A stretch of 64,000 nucleotides of DNA from Eledone cirrhosa (Eukaryota), in the NCBI GenBank assembly GCA_964016885.1, contig OZ024745.1, positions 92,628,001 through 92,692,000 on the forward strand, read 5' to 3'. Of the stretch, positions 47,638-58,492 are shown piece after piece. Within the stretch, counting starts at the first letter, position 1; each line of letters opens with the position of its first letter. Both the position numbers and the translations under genes were made by a program. The notes beneath the pieces were generated by a model, which had not been told where the DNA came from, searched no databases, and saw nothing but the letters and a program-made list of their open reading frames with translations.

Positions 47638-47778
47638 AGGAAGACGCAGTACAGGAAGACCCCGCTGAAGTTCATGGAGAAGATGACGAAGGACCGTGAC
47701 AAGTGGAGAGATGCTATGTTGAATAGGACCCGTCCCACCCTTGCAAGCAAGGAAAAGCAGACCTATGATGATGATGAT
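47638..47778 (+). mobile_element. RTE LINE extreme 3' fragment
   Basis: Peptide pieces GRRSTGRPR and EKMTKDRDKWRDAMLNRTRPT, followed by a (GAT)n tail; similar to the C-terminus of the RTE ORF at 57644. Confidence 0.65.
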
Positions 47779-47803
47779 ATATACACACACACAGATATCA
47801 CAC

Positions 47804-48003
47804 ATCATCATCAATTAACGTCTATCTTCCATGCTAGCATGGGTTAGACAGGTCTCATTTAGAGGCAAGTTGGGTCGGGTGACCGTGTCTTGCTCATATA
47901 GGGGTGTTTCTGGCTGGTTTGCTATGGCTGGATGCCCTTCCTAACGCCAACCACATTGACTGTGTGCTGGATGCTTTTTGCCATGTCTTTTACATGTCCA
48001 ACC
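47804..48003 (-). mobile_element. RTE 3' UTR fragment or derived SINE tail
   Basis: catcatcatc tail, ccatgctagcatgggtt and ggctggatgcccttcctaacgccaaccac match 57271-57420. Confidence 0.7.
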
Positions 48004-48101
48004 TATGTATATATATATATATATATATATATAACAAAGGAAGTGTGGTAAGGAACTGGGTGGACCATAATGCACCAGAGTACTCAATAGAAGAGTGGGT
48101 A

Positions 48102-48200
48102 ATAGGAAAATGTTCAAGACCCCAACAGCTATTTCTGAGTCCAGAAATAGTTGTCGAAACGGCTCGAGCTCTGCCATCGGGGCATTGAACATTTTCCTAT
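48102..48200 (+). ncRNA. Hammerhead-shaped three-way junction lacking the CUGANGA box (probably inactive), within a 170-bp island between (TA)n tracts
   Basis: Stem I ataggaaaatgttcaa-ga-cccc / gggg-ca-ttgaacattttcctat. Stem II acagctatttctg-agtc-cagaaatagttgt. CGAAA at 48155-48159. Stem III cggc...gcca, then TC. Confidence 0.6.
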
Positions 48201-48419
48201 ATATATACATATATATAAGCAAAAAGTAAACAGAAATAACAAGAGAAACAACACAGTATAATGAAGAAATAATAGTTTAACGTAGGAAACGTGTCTGTTT
48301 TGGACACATCAGAAGATAGAGTGAGAAATAACAGATGAAATAGAAAGATAGTGAAAAGAGGAAGGAATAGAAAAAAACACAGAGAGAGAATTCCAAAGTA
48401 ATCTTCAGTCAATCATGGA

Positions 48420-49657
48420 AAAATTAAGGAAAATGGACACTCTACATAGCCGAGCTGACAAAACTGAAAATATCTAGTCTATGGATATCAACATATATAA
48501 GAATTTTATATTTAAGGATGCATAAAAAGTCTTTAAAAATGGACAGGTCAACTATTAATGATACCAACAAGGAATGACTATCGATAATGAATAAATTAAG
48601 TGTAGCTGACTGCACAGAACCATTTGAACTTAAACAACTGACTTTTAACTTAAAGATCATAAAACTAATTTTGAAACTAACCTTTCTATTAGACTTATTT
48701 GCTCCTCTAAAACAGACATAGCTCGTATCAGTAAAAATATATTGGATAGAGTATTAAATCAGATGAAGGATAAATTATCTATTAGACTTTGGGACAATCC
48801 CAACAAAGTAATTGATTGGTTAACTAGGATAGATGACAAACCTGCATCAAAATTCATACAGTTTGATATAAATGACTATCATTCCACCATTTCTCTTGTT
48901 TTACTCAATAAACCCCTTGCGCAGGCAATGAGGAACTCTGACTTAACTAGGGACGTAGTTCATATATTAGTGTCTACATGTTCAGTCATCATGTTTGATA
49001 ATGTTAATGAATAGTGGACACATAAAAATAGGATCAATAACTTTGACATAACCGTGAGTTCCAGTGACTCAGCCCAGGTTACTGACTTGGTAGGAATTTA
49101 CCTTATGTCTAATCTCAATCTAGAATTTGCCGACCTTCATGGTGGAATTTATAGAGATGACACTCTTCTATTCGTTAGGAATTTCATTGGTCAGCAAATA
49201 GAACATTGAAGAAGATAAGCTATTTTCTTGAAATTCATTGGTCTAAAAATCTCCTTTGAACATAACTTTAGATTAGCTAGCTTACTCAATGTAGCCTGCG
49301 ATCTCAACTCTGGTCTTTCCAAACCCTTCCATAAAAATAATTGTTTCTACCTTTGGCACAAGGCCAGCAATTATCCCAGTGCATTACTGGTACTTTATTT
49401 TATCAACCCCATAAGGATGAAAGGCAAAGTTAACCTCGGCAGGATTTGAACTCAGACCATAAAGGGCCGTAACTCCTTGCTGCAAAAATAATGAAAACTT
49501 TACATATATTAGCAGACACTTCAACCACCCATGATCCCTCCTCAACTCCATCGTAAATAATGTCTCTCTACAGATCTCCAGGCTATCCACATCCAAAACC
49601 ATTTTTAATATACGCACAGACTATTATAATACAGCACTCCAAAAGGCTGGTATTTGA
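48420..49657 (+). pseudogene. Penelope-like element reverse transcriptase fossil, interrupted by a SINE
   Basis: Translated pieces ADKTENI, LKDHKTNF...IRLICSSKTDIARISKNILDR, FIQFDINDYHSTIS (motif A), FDITVSSSDSAQVTDLVG, GIYRDDTL (YxDD), KPFHKNN|ENFTYISRHFNHP...YYNTALQKAG; several stops and frameshifts. Confidence 0.85.
49342..49483 (-). mobile_element. 5'-truncated tRNA-derived SINE inserted in the PLE RT fossil
   Basis: Reverse complement of the family at 50176-51025. 9-bp direct repeat aaaaataat at 49333-49341 and 49484-49492. The RT frame resumes after it. Confidence 0.85.
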
Positions 49658-49699
49658 AAATGCAATCAAATATATATTTTGATCCATTACCAGATCTAA

Positions 49700-49925
49700 G
49701 AAACAAAGCCACCCGTTTTAAAAAGTTCCTATTTAAATTAAAATCTTCCAACATAATTTTATATAAGAATCATATGTTATGTTACTATCTTAGTAATAAA
49801 ATAATTATCTTAGTAAATCCCTCAATATTCTTAATTAATGAATTGAAGCAGGGTGTTTTTTATTTGAAATACAGTCATGAAATGGTAAAAAGAATTAGTA
49901 AAAACAAAGGTTTCAGAATGTAAAC
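49700..49925. repeat. AT-rich dispersed repeat (MITE-like internal sequence)
   Basis: atttaaattaaaatcttccaacataattttatataagaa...ttactatcttagtaat...agtaaatccctcaa recurs at 52735-52865; a diverged inverted copy lies near 56830-57030. Confidence 0.65.
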
Positions 49926-49979
49926 CATCCATGGAAAAACAATTTTTCATGTGGAAGTTCACATATCCAAATGTTGGGA

Positions 49980-50121
49980 AAATGTAAACAATATTCACAG
50001 AAATATTTGGAATTTGGTTTCATTCCTTCCAACATTGAAAAGACAGATACTTGTTACATGAAAAGAGATTTGGAAATAATGCAATGAAGCCTTCGAGGAT
50101 GAAAACCACTTTACAGAGAAA
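49980..50121 (+). pseudogene. hAT (Buster/Charlie, ZBED5/SCAND3-like) transposase N-terminal BED-finger fossil
   Basis: KCKQYSQKYLEFGFIPS, then after a frameshift YLLHEKRFGNNAMKPSRMK; this matches the recalled KCRQYSxEYLxFGFI...CLLCxKxxSNEAMKPSRL motif. Confidence 0.7.
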
Positions 50122-50175
50122 TGAAGGCATCTTACAATATATCATAGTTTTGTCAAGTCCTTCTCATTATTAATA

Positions 50176-51025
50176 AAGGGTGGTGGATTGGCAGTATCGG
50201 TAGAGGGCCGGACACCATGCTTTGATGCATAGAGTTATGGCCCTTGCCATTCTGGGTTCAAATCCTGCCGAGGTTGACTTTGCCTTTCATCCTTACAGGG
50301 TCGATAAGATGAAGTACCAGTAATGTACTGGGTAATTACTGGCCTTGTGCCAAAAGTAGAAACAATTATTAATAAAGGGTAGGGTGGTGGATTAGCAGTA
50401 TCGGTAGACGGTTGGACACCATGCTTTGCAGCTTAGAGTTACGGCCTTTTATGATCTGAGTTCAAATCCCGCCCAGGTTAACTTTGCCTTTAATCCTTAC
50501 GGGGTCAGTAAAATAAAGTACCAGTCACACACTGGGATCGATTTAATCGACTTTCCCATCCCCCCAAATTTCTGGCCTTGTGCCTATATAAGAAACCATT
50601 ATTAATGAAGGGTGGATTGGCAGTATAGGTAGAGAGTCGGACGCCATGCTTTGACGCATAGAGTTATGGCCCTTGCCATTCTGAGTTCAAATCCCGCCGA
50701 GGTTAACTTTGCCTTTCATCCTTACGGGGTCGATAAAATAAAGTACCAGTAATGCACTGGGTATTTGCTGGCCTTGTGCCTAAAGTAGAAACAATTATTA
50801 ATGAAGGGTGGTGGATAGGCTGGTGGGTTAGCAGTGTCAGTAGAGCATCGGACGCCGTGCTTTGCAACATATAGTTATGTCTCTTTACATTCTGAGTTCA
50901 AATCCTGCCGAGGTTAACTTTGCCTTTCATCCTTACGGGGTTGATAAATTAAAATACCAGTAATGTACTGGAGTCAATTTAATTAACTTTCCCCTCCCAA
51001 ACATTGTTGAAACCATAATTAATAT
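50176..51025 (+). mobile_element. Four head-to-tail tRNA-derived SINEs (~50176-50373, 50375-50606, 50608-50802, 50804-51025)
   Basis: Each has A-box-like t(g/a)gcagt...gtagag, B-box gttcaaatcc, central gcctttcatccttacggggtcgataaaataaagtaccag and an attattaat tail. Confidence 0.9.
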
Positions 51026-51191
51026 TGAGAGAGAAATAAACAGAAATTATAGATGTTTTATCCTTAGATAACCTTTTACTAAGCATAAACAGGGTTGGTT
51101 CACAAACAATGTCTCAAGTAATGAACACGCAAGATGACGACAATGGTTGGCAACAAGCTTGGAGTATCGGCAGGAAGTGTCACTTGCTGTG

Positions 51192-51526
51192 TAGTTAGTT
51201 AGTCGAAGACCCCCTTCGATCGCAAATGACCATGTGATTTGCACCTAGAAAGTTTCCCTCCGAAGCACAAGTCTGGGCAAGGTTGTTTGAGGAAGACCAG
51301 CAGTTACCCATGCATACCAGTCTCCCCTCTCCACACCGCCGATGATGTCCAAGGGAAAGGCTATGGCCGATACAGCTTGACAGCAGTGACGTCGCAATTT
51401 ATTTCTATAGCTGGAGCAACGTGACACAACGCTCAAGGACACAACACATCACCCGGTCCGAGAATGAAACTCACAACCTTTCAATTGCAAGAACAATGCT
51501 CTAACCACTAAGCCATGTACCTTCAC
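51192..51526 (-). mobile_element. Second tRNA-derived SINE family, near full length
   Basis: Reverse complement starts gtgaaggtacatggcttagtggttagagca (A box), then gtgagtttcattc (degenerate B box), gtgtccttgagc core-like motif and an (actaa)n-type tail. Confidence 0.75.
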
Positions 51527-51589
51527 AGTTAATTACTATGGTGATATATACCTGTCTTTCAGACAGTCTCTCTTTCAACATTTTGTATG

Positions 51590-51667
51590 GGGGAAAATAG
51601 TTTTGGTTTACGAACCTTCCAGGTGACGGCCTTCAGGAATGAAGTTATGAACTGAGGTTCCACTGTA
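51590..51667. mobile_element. Tigger/pogo-type terminal fragment
   Basis: Ends in gaggttccactg-TA, the reverse complement of a CAGTGGAACCTC-type TIR. Confidence 0.45.
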
Positions 51668-53119
51668 TCTGAAATTACTGCAGTCCCAATAAAAGAAATG
51701 TATTGTTGATGAATATTTCTTTATAAAGCAGCACTTTTAAAAATATGAGGAGTGTTTGAGAAGAAAAAAAACATTTCTCTTATATTACAATAGTCACTTC
51801 TATTGCACCCAAGGCAGTCATATGTGAGAGATTAAATTTACCACATAAGTAGGCCACAGAGTGATTTTAGCATTTGCATTGCTCTATATTTACTATTGTA
51901 TTTTCATGGTAAAGTCTTTATCTCACATAATTAACTCCCATAATATTGAATCTATGAGATTTTGATATTATTTATTATGACAACAATACCTTACCATCAG
52001 TATAAGTGGCCAGTTATGGCCGGTTTAAACAGAAAGAGGTGAGAGAATTCTGGCCAGATATGGCCGGTTTAAATGCCACAAAGTGATTTGATCTCCAATA
52101 AATACATAATAGACATTTAAAATTTAAAAAAAGAAAAGATAACATAAATAGATCTTAATAGCTGGCATACATGTTATTCTCGTCCAAAATTTTGGATGAC
52201 ACTAGATCCATAGCCTAGAATAAAAACTACTAATTACTATGGTAACATGTAATGTTATGTATAATAAAAACACTGCATGTTATTGCAGTAAAGTGTACTA
52301 GATGGAGTGTGTTGTTAGTTGTTTAGTAACTTGAATATTATTAGCAGGTTGGACAGCTATAGACTCTTCAATAATTAATGTTCACTAGTTGCTAACTCGT
52401 GCAACAGCAGTTGCAACTGTTGATCCATGTTAAAATAATTATTGAGCATATTTGAAAACAGATGAGTTCGCTGACATAAAACTGATGAAACGAGTAAAAG
52501 ATAACTATTGATTTTATTATTTTTTTAATCGCTTTGTTATGTTTTGTTTTTTGTGACGAATCAATGTAAATTCTAGCAAAGAAGGAGGATATGACTATGA
52601 GTCAACCCCAGTATATTACTGGTAGTGATATAATATCAGCCATCATTAAATGCACCCACATGTCCACAATGATATTCAACGCCTTAGTTACCAGCCTGGC
52701 CAAAACCAGCTCTGGATCTATGAAATTAAACAAACCATTTTAAAGGTTTCCAATTTAAATTAAAAACTTCCAACATAATTTTATATAAGAACCTTACATT
52801 AAGTTACTATCTTAGTAATGAAATAATTAATAATTCTAGTAAATCCCTCAAAATCATTAATTAATTAAAATTAGTTAAATCCTGACCAATCCTGTCTTTA
52901 TTTATTTACTTTTAGGCAGAGTATTTAAAACAACATAATGCATAAAAGACAATATAGAGTAAATTAAGACAAATTTAGCTGCTATTGTTTTTTTTAACAA
53001 ATCACATAATCTCTTGTTAGTTGTTAGCTTGTGCCACTCAGGGTTCTTTTTATTGGTACTGCCTTGAGAAAGAAGATACCAAGAAATTACACACAGACAC
53101 ACACACACACATATACACA

Positions 53120-53846
53120 GTGAGTTCTAGCACAACTAATTAGGAAAAGAGTCAAATTAGATGAGATACAGTTCGGTTTCCAGGGAGGAGCACCAAAGAT
53201 ACCTTCCTTTTGGTAAGACAACTACAAGAGTAGTTCTTAGCTAAAAGTAAGCCTCTATATCTAGCTTTTGTTGATCTAGAGAAAGCCCTTGATAGAGTAG
53301 CTAGATCGGTCATCTGGTGGTCCTTAAGGAAACTAGTTGGAGAAGAGTGGCTTGTAAGAGAGTGCAAGTCATGTACATATAAGTAAAGTGAGAATAGGAA
53401 GTGAGTTTAGTGAGAGATTCAGGGTACAAGTTGGAGTGTATCAGGGTTAAGTTCTTAGCCCACTCCTGTTTATCCTAGTCCTCCAGCCCATAACAGAGGA
53501 GTTTAAGACTGGTTGCCCATGAGAATTTCTGTATGCCAATGATCTGGTCCTCTTTGGAGGAACTAGAGAATAAATTTCTGGCTGTGGAAACAGAATTTTA
53601 TATCAACAGGGCTTAAAGTAAACTTAGCAAAAACCAAAATGTTAATAAGTATGAAAGAAGATAGGGCACCAATCTCATCAGGGAAGTAGCCTTGCTTGAT
53701 AAGCAGAAAAGGAGTAGGTATAAACTCTAATGTATAGAATGTAAATCTTGGGTACATAAGAGATGTTGTGGATAACATGCAGACTAACAGGAAAAGAAGA
53801 CTTTGTATGTAGTATATGTTCAGGGTTAATTGATAGTAAGAGTGCC
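53120..53846 (+). pseudogene. RTE-clade LINE reverse transcriptase fossil with Cys/His (PHD-like) insert
   Basis: LDEIQFGF, RQLQE, LYLAFVDLEKALDRV, VGVYQG*VLSPLLF, LYANDLV (YADD-derived), GLKVNLAKTK, WVHKRC, FVCSICSG; multiple stops and frameshifts. Confidence 0.9.
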
Positions 53847-53854
53847 AATAATAA

Positions 53855-54067
53855 TGATTTTTAATTTAGGCACAAGGCCAACAATTTTGAGGGGAGGGGA
53901 AAGTCAATTAAATCGACCCCAGTGCATTACTGGTGCTTTATTTTGTCAACCCCATAAGGATGAAAAGCAAAGCTAACCTCAGCAGGATTTGAACTCAGAT
54001 TGTAAAGGAGTGTAACTCTATGCTGTAAAGCATGTTGTCTGATGCTCTACTGATACTGTCAATCTAC
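53855..54067 (-). mobile_element. tRNA-derived SINE (long 3' type) with target-site duplication
   Basis: Reverse complement of the 50-kb family; 16-bp TSD agagtg(c/t)caataataa at 53839-53854 and 54068-54083. Confidence 0.9.
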
Positions 54068-54667
54068 AGAGTGTCAATAATAACAAAATAAATAAATATA
54101 AACCTTTTCCAATCCGAGGATGGATCCATAGAATTGGTTGATAGCTTCTGCTACCGAGGTGATATAAATAGCAGAGACCTGGAATGAATGCTGAGTACTG
54201 CAAAGTATTCAATCTGACAATCTAACAATTCTGCCAATTCACCATCTAATACACACCAACCCACCAAACACAGAGAGAGAGAGAGTTGGTCACCAGCAAG
54301 ATTTCAACATCGATGTGAAATTAATGAAACTAAAGTTTAGTGGCATCTGTCCTTACTATTCTTATAATTGAAAGGAAATTTTACAAATATCAATGCCATA
54401 CAGGCTGACAGACATCACAAATCTATGTGATACATATTTTCCCAACTAATTCGAACATGTGAAACAAAATACAACCTGGTAGTAAATCATATTTTATTTC
54501 TGTAATGTCAAATAGCTCATTCTTATTAATAACACTATCAATATACACAATGAAGTTAACTTTCATCTGCTACAAAAGATTAGGAAGGGTGGAATAATTA
54601 TCAAATTAGTTGGATTGTGGGGTAGTAACTTATCATAAAGCCACACCCATCTTTGTTATTTATAGTT

Positions 54668-54861
54668 TAATGGCAGTGGATTGGCAGTAGCAGTAGAGGA
54701 TCAGATGCTATGCTTTGTAGCATAGAGTTACGGCCATTTACAGTCTGAGTTCAAATCCCGCCGAGGTTAACTCTGCCTTTAATCCTTACGGGGGTCGATA
54801 AAATAAAGTACCAGTAATGCACTGGGGTATTTTGCTGGCCTTGTGCCAAAAGTAGAAACAA
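54668..54861 (+). mobile_element. tRNA-derived SINE (short 3' type) with target-site duplication
   Basis: A and B boxes plus core; 12-bp TSD ttatttatagtt at 54656-54667 and 54862-54873. Confidence 0.9.
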
Positions 54862-55237
54862 TTATTTATAGTTGAATTCTGTCAAGAGGCAAGATGTAAA
54901 TATTTTGATGGTGTCTACTTCTGCATGCAGTGGGTATTTATCATTTCAAAAAACTCTAAAGGCAGTGAAGGTCTGTAATAGCAATTACTGTTAATAACAA
55001 CAGAATCAAAGGATAAAACCCAACATTATAGTGGCCTAAAGGTGTGAAACTGTTTGATACTGTTGTTGTTAATGTTGTTGTTGTTGTAGATGGGCTTTGG
55101 AAACCAGCTTCTCCTGAACAAATGCCATAAGATTAGTCATTTGAAAACTTGGTGATGACTCACAAACTAAAAAACGCGATATGATTTACTTATTCATTTT
55201 CTAACTTGAATGTACTAATATCAAAGAGAGAGAGGGG

Positions 55238-55285
<48 letters not shown>

Positions 55286-55329
55286 TTGTCAATCAAATAA
55301 ATGTCTTATTTGTTTATATATTTAATTAT

Positions 55330-55875
55330 TAAGATTGGTCAATCTCAGAATCAGTAGAGGATCAGAGAAAATACACTGACAAAACACATTGCAGTTATTT
55401 ATTTATATCCATTCCAAGTTCAAATTCTGCAAAGGCTGACTTTGCCTTTCATCTTTCCAGGATTGGCAAACGTATTCCACAATATCCTTCCCTACTGTGT
55501 CAATGTTAAAAATCATTATTATTAATATGTATTTATATATGGCAGAGTTGTCAGAGTGTTGGAAATATGCTTAGTAGCATTTGTTTTGGATCTTTACTTT
55601 CTGTATTCAAACCCCGCCAAGGTCAACATTTGTGTGAGGAGTGTGGTTGACTAAATTGGTCTTAGTATATCACTGTTACTAATAAGAAGGGTGGCAGATT
55701 AGCAGAACTATCTTGCATATTTCTTCTGCCGCTTTATGTTCAAGGTTAGCTTTGTCTCTCATCCTTATGAGGATTGATAAAATAAAGTACTAGTAATGCA
55801 TTGATGCCAAATTAATCGACTTTCCCCTCCCCAAAATTGTTGGCCTTGTGCCTAAATCAGAAACCATTATTAATA
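55330..55875 (+). mobile_element. Cluster of three degenerate SINE copies
   Basis: B-box and core remnants at ~55418, ~55605 and ~55738-55870. Confidence 0.65.
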
Positions 55876-56178
55876 ATTGTTTCTACTTTTGGCACAAGGC
55901 CAGCAATTACTGGTACTTTATTTTATCGACCTCATAAGGATGAAAGGCAAAGTTAACCTCAGCGGGATTTTAATCCAGAACAAAAAGCGCCATAACTCTC
56001 TGCATCAAAGCATGGCCTCTGACCCTCTACCGATTGGCAGTATCGGTAGAGGGTCGGAGTTCAAATCCCGCCGAAGTTAACTTTGCCTTTCATCCTTACG
56101 AGGTCGATAAAATAAAGTACCAGTAATGCTCTGGGTAATTGCTGGTCTTGCGCCAAACGTAAAAACAATTATTAATAA
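55876..56178. mobile_element. Head-to-head inverted SINE pair (minus 55876-56034; plus 56032-56178)
   Basis: Junction ctctgaccctctaccgat-tggcagt-atcggtagagggtcggag; both arms are the short 3' type. Confidence 0.85.
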
Positions 56179-57079
56179 TGAGAGATAAGTAGGCAGAAAA
56201 ATGGTATAATGAAAAGCTAAATTGTAGCTGTTTCGTAGATATTTTATGTTTCGTAGATATTTTATCCTTAGATTTTCTGAGATTAAATTTTGCTTGGTTG
56301 GATATGAGTTGAAATACAAAGCTGGTGATTGTCCAATTGTGATGTTTGTTGTAATTCCTAATTTCAAGAAGTCAATATCCTATTCTAGACATATTTGACA
56401 CATCAGAAGTTGTCGATTAACGAAATCAGTTTATTCACCTTTTATAATAAATGGCAAGCTGTTTAACAAAAGGCCAGTATATATGAACACACAATTCTTA
56501 TGATCTCACGCAATTGTACTGTAATTAATTTAGAAACAAGACAAATATAAAATATTCAATGCTACAGTGCCACAGCAGTGATTCACAATTTTAACAACAT
56601 AAAAATAATCTTTTCATTTTCAGTGTCACAGCATGTATGAAGAAGAAAGACATTTTGAAGAAATGAAAATTCTTCATAAAAGCTGCCACTCAACTAGATG
56701 ACCTTTAGTTGAAGAAGAAAACTTTTTCTTATCAAAGAATCATTTGAAAAGCTACATAAGGGAAAATTTACTGTGATATTCAAGTTCCTTAACAATTTTG
56801 TAGCATATTTCTAATACACTGCGTGTGTATTTAAATTAATTTTGAAAATAATAAAAAATTTGGCAGAATTTAATAAAATAACTTTTTCATTAGTAAGCTA
56901 ATATTTGGAGTATTACATAAGAAAAATTTCTTGAATAAATTTATGGTGGAAGGTTTTAATATAAATAGAAACACTTTAAAATGGTCATTTTTTTTTGTAC
57001 CATAAAAGCAGGAGAGGTTTCAGACAGAAACTACAGTTAAATAAAGTACTCAATACATGAGTAGAGAAGATACATATTT

Positions 57080-57195
57080 ATTTCTTATAGAAATGATTAG
57101 AATTGTTTCATTTGATTAAAACCACCAGGAATGGCCTGATGATTTCAAATGTAAGAAACAGTTTTAGTTCTATAGAAATCATTTCTATAAGAAAT
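57080..57195. repeat. Imperfect 116-bp palindrome with perfect 19-bp outer arms; contains CTGATGA...GAAAC
   Basis: atttcttatagaaatgatt / aatcatttctataagaaat; inner pairs catttga/tcaaatg and cagg/cctg. Confidence 0.7.
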
Positions 57196-57235
57196 GTGTG
57201 TGTACAGATATCAATATATATATATACACAGACAC

Positions 57236-57270
<35 letters not shown>

Positions 57271-57274
<4 letters not shown>

Positions 57275-58308
57275 TCATCAAGGTTTAGCGTCCGTGTTCC
57301 ACGCTTGCATGGGTTTGGACGGGGGTTTTCCCACTTGAGGCAAGAGTGGTTGTCTTGCTCGCATAGGACTGTCTGGCGGGTTTTCTACAGCTGGATGCCC
57401 TTCCTAACACCAACCACATTTACAGTGTGGGGCTGGGAGGTTTTTACCGTGTTGCCTACATGGCCACATTTACAGCGTGGACTGTGTGTTTTTTTGTTGT
57501 GACACCTAAACGATCTCATTTGTTTCGGCCTGGATGTTGTGGCACCAACATAACTTTACATTGAAAGGGGGCGGTGTGGATGGGGTGAGGGTGGTGTGTT
57601 TTGATAGAGATGCCTACTGACTGTAGTAGGTTTTACTTTGTATTTAGGTAAGGCGGGTCTTCTCTATTACTGAGTACCGCCAAAGGTCTCGGTCCAGTGA
57701 CATTGTCTTGGAGAGGTGTAAGCGTGTGAGGTCGGAATTTATCATGTCGTCCCAGGTTTTTCTGGGTCTGCCTACTCTGTGGCTACCGTCTATCTTTATT
57801 GCCCTGCACTTTGTTATACAGCTGTCGTCTTTCATGCGCATCACGTGACCATACCAACGTAGCCTTCTCTCTAGTAAACAACATCTGATCCCTCTTATTT
57901 CTAATTTTTTCCTTAGTTCGTTTATGCTTAGACGTTCACGTATATTACTATTGCACATCCAGCGGAGCATGCAAGCTTCGTTCCTCTCTAGTCTGCGTAT
58001 ATCCTCTGCACACAATGCCCAGGTCTCACTGCCATGCAGCATTGCTGTTCGTATGCAGGCATCGTATAACCTGCCTTTCATTTTTAGGGAGAACCCTTTA
58101 GCGGCTAATAGTGGTATAAGCTCTCTGAACTTTTTCCATCCAGTTCTGACTCTAGCTACTGTACTTTCAGAGCACCCTCCCCCACTGCTGATTTTGTCAC
58201 CCAGGTAACGGAAGCTGTCCACTATTTCTATAGAACCCTCTGCGCAATTGAAAGAGCTAGTATTTTGTGGGCACTTGCTGCTACTTATTGCACCAGAGCA
58301 CCGGCCAC

Positions 58309-58310
<2 letters not shown>
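57271..58310 (-). mobile_element. 5'-truncated RTE LINE: uninterrupted ~220-aa ORF C-terminus (58310-57644) plus 3' UTR and (GAT)n tail, inside (TA)n
   Basis: VDSFRYLG, GWKKFRELIPLL, LHGSETW, RRLRWYGHVMR, GRPRKTW and DRDLWR are canonical RTE motifs; no stops or frameshifts. Confidence 0.93.
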
Positions 58311-58367
<57 letters not shown>

Positions 58368-58428
58368 TATATGTGCAGGATAATGAATTATAATGTAAGA
58401 AGCCTGATGCCAATAAAGCAGAAGAGGC

Positions 58429-58492
<64 letters not shown>

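Noticed and set aside
48270-48315. Possible antisense hammerhead (ctgatgtgtcc...gacac...ttaaac) upstream of the PLE RT
   Set aside because: Both core boxes deviate (CTGATGT, no GAAA) and stems I and III cannot be drawn.
50176-51526. tRNA genes suggested by A and B boxes
   Set aside because: No cloverleaf; the boxes are heads of SINEs followed by core and tail sequences.
56230-56265. 18-bp tandem duplication gtttcgtagatattttat x2
   Set aside because: Ordinary slippage duplication with no further structure.
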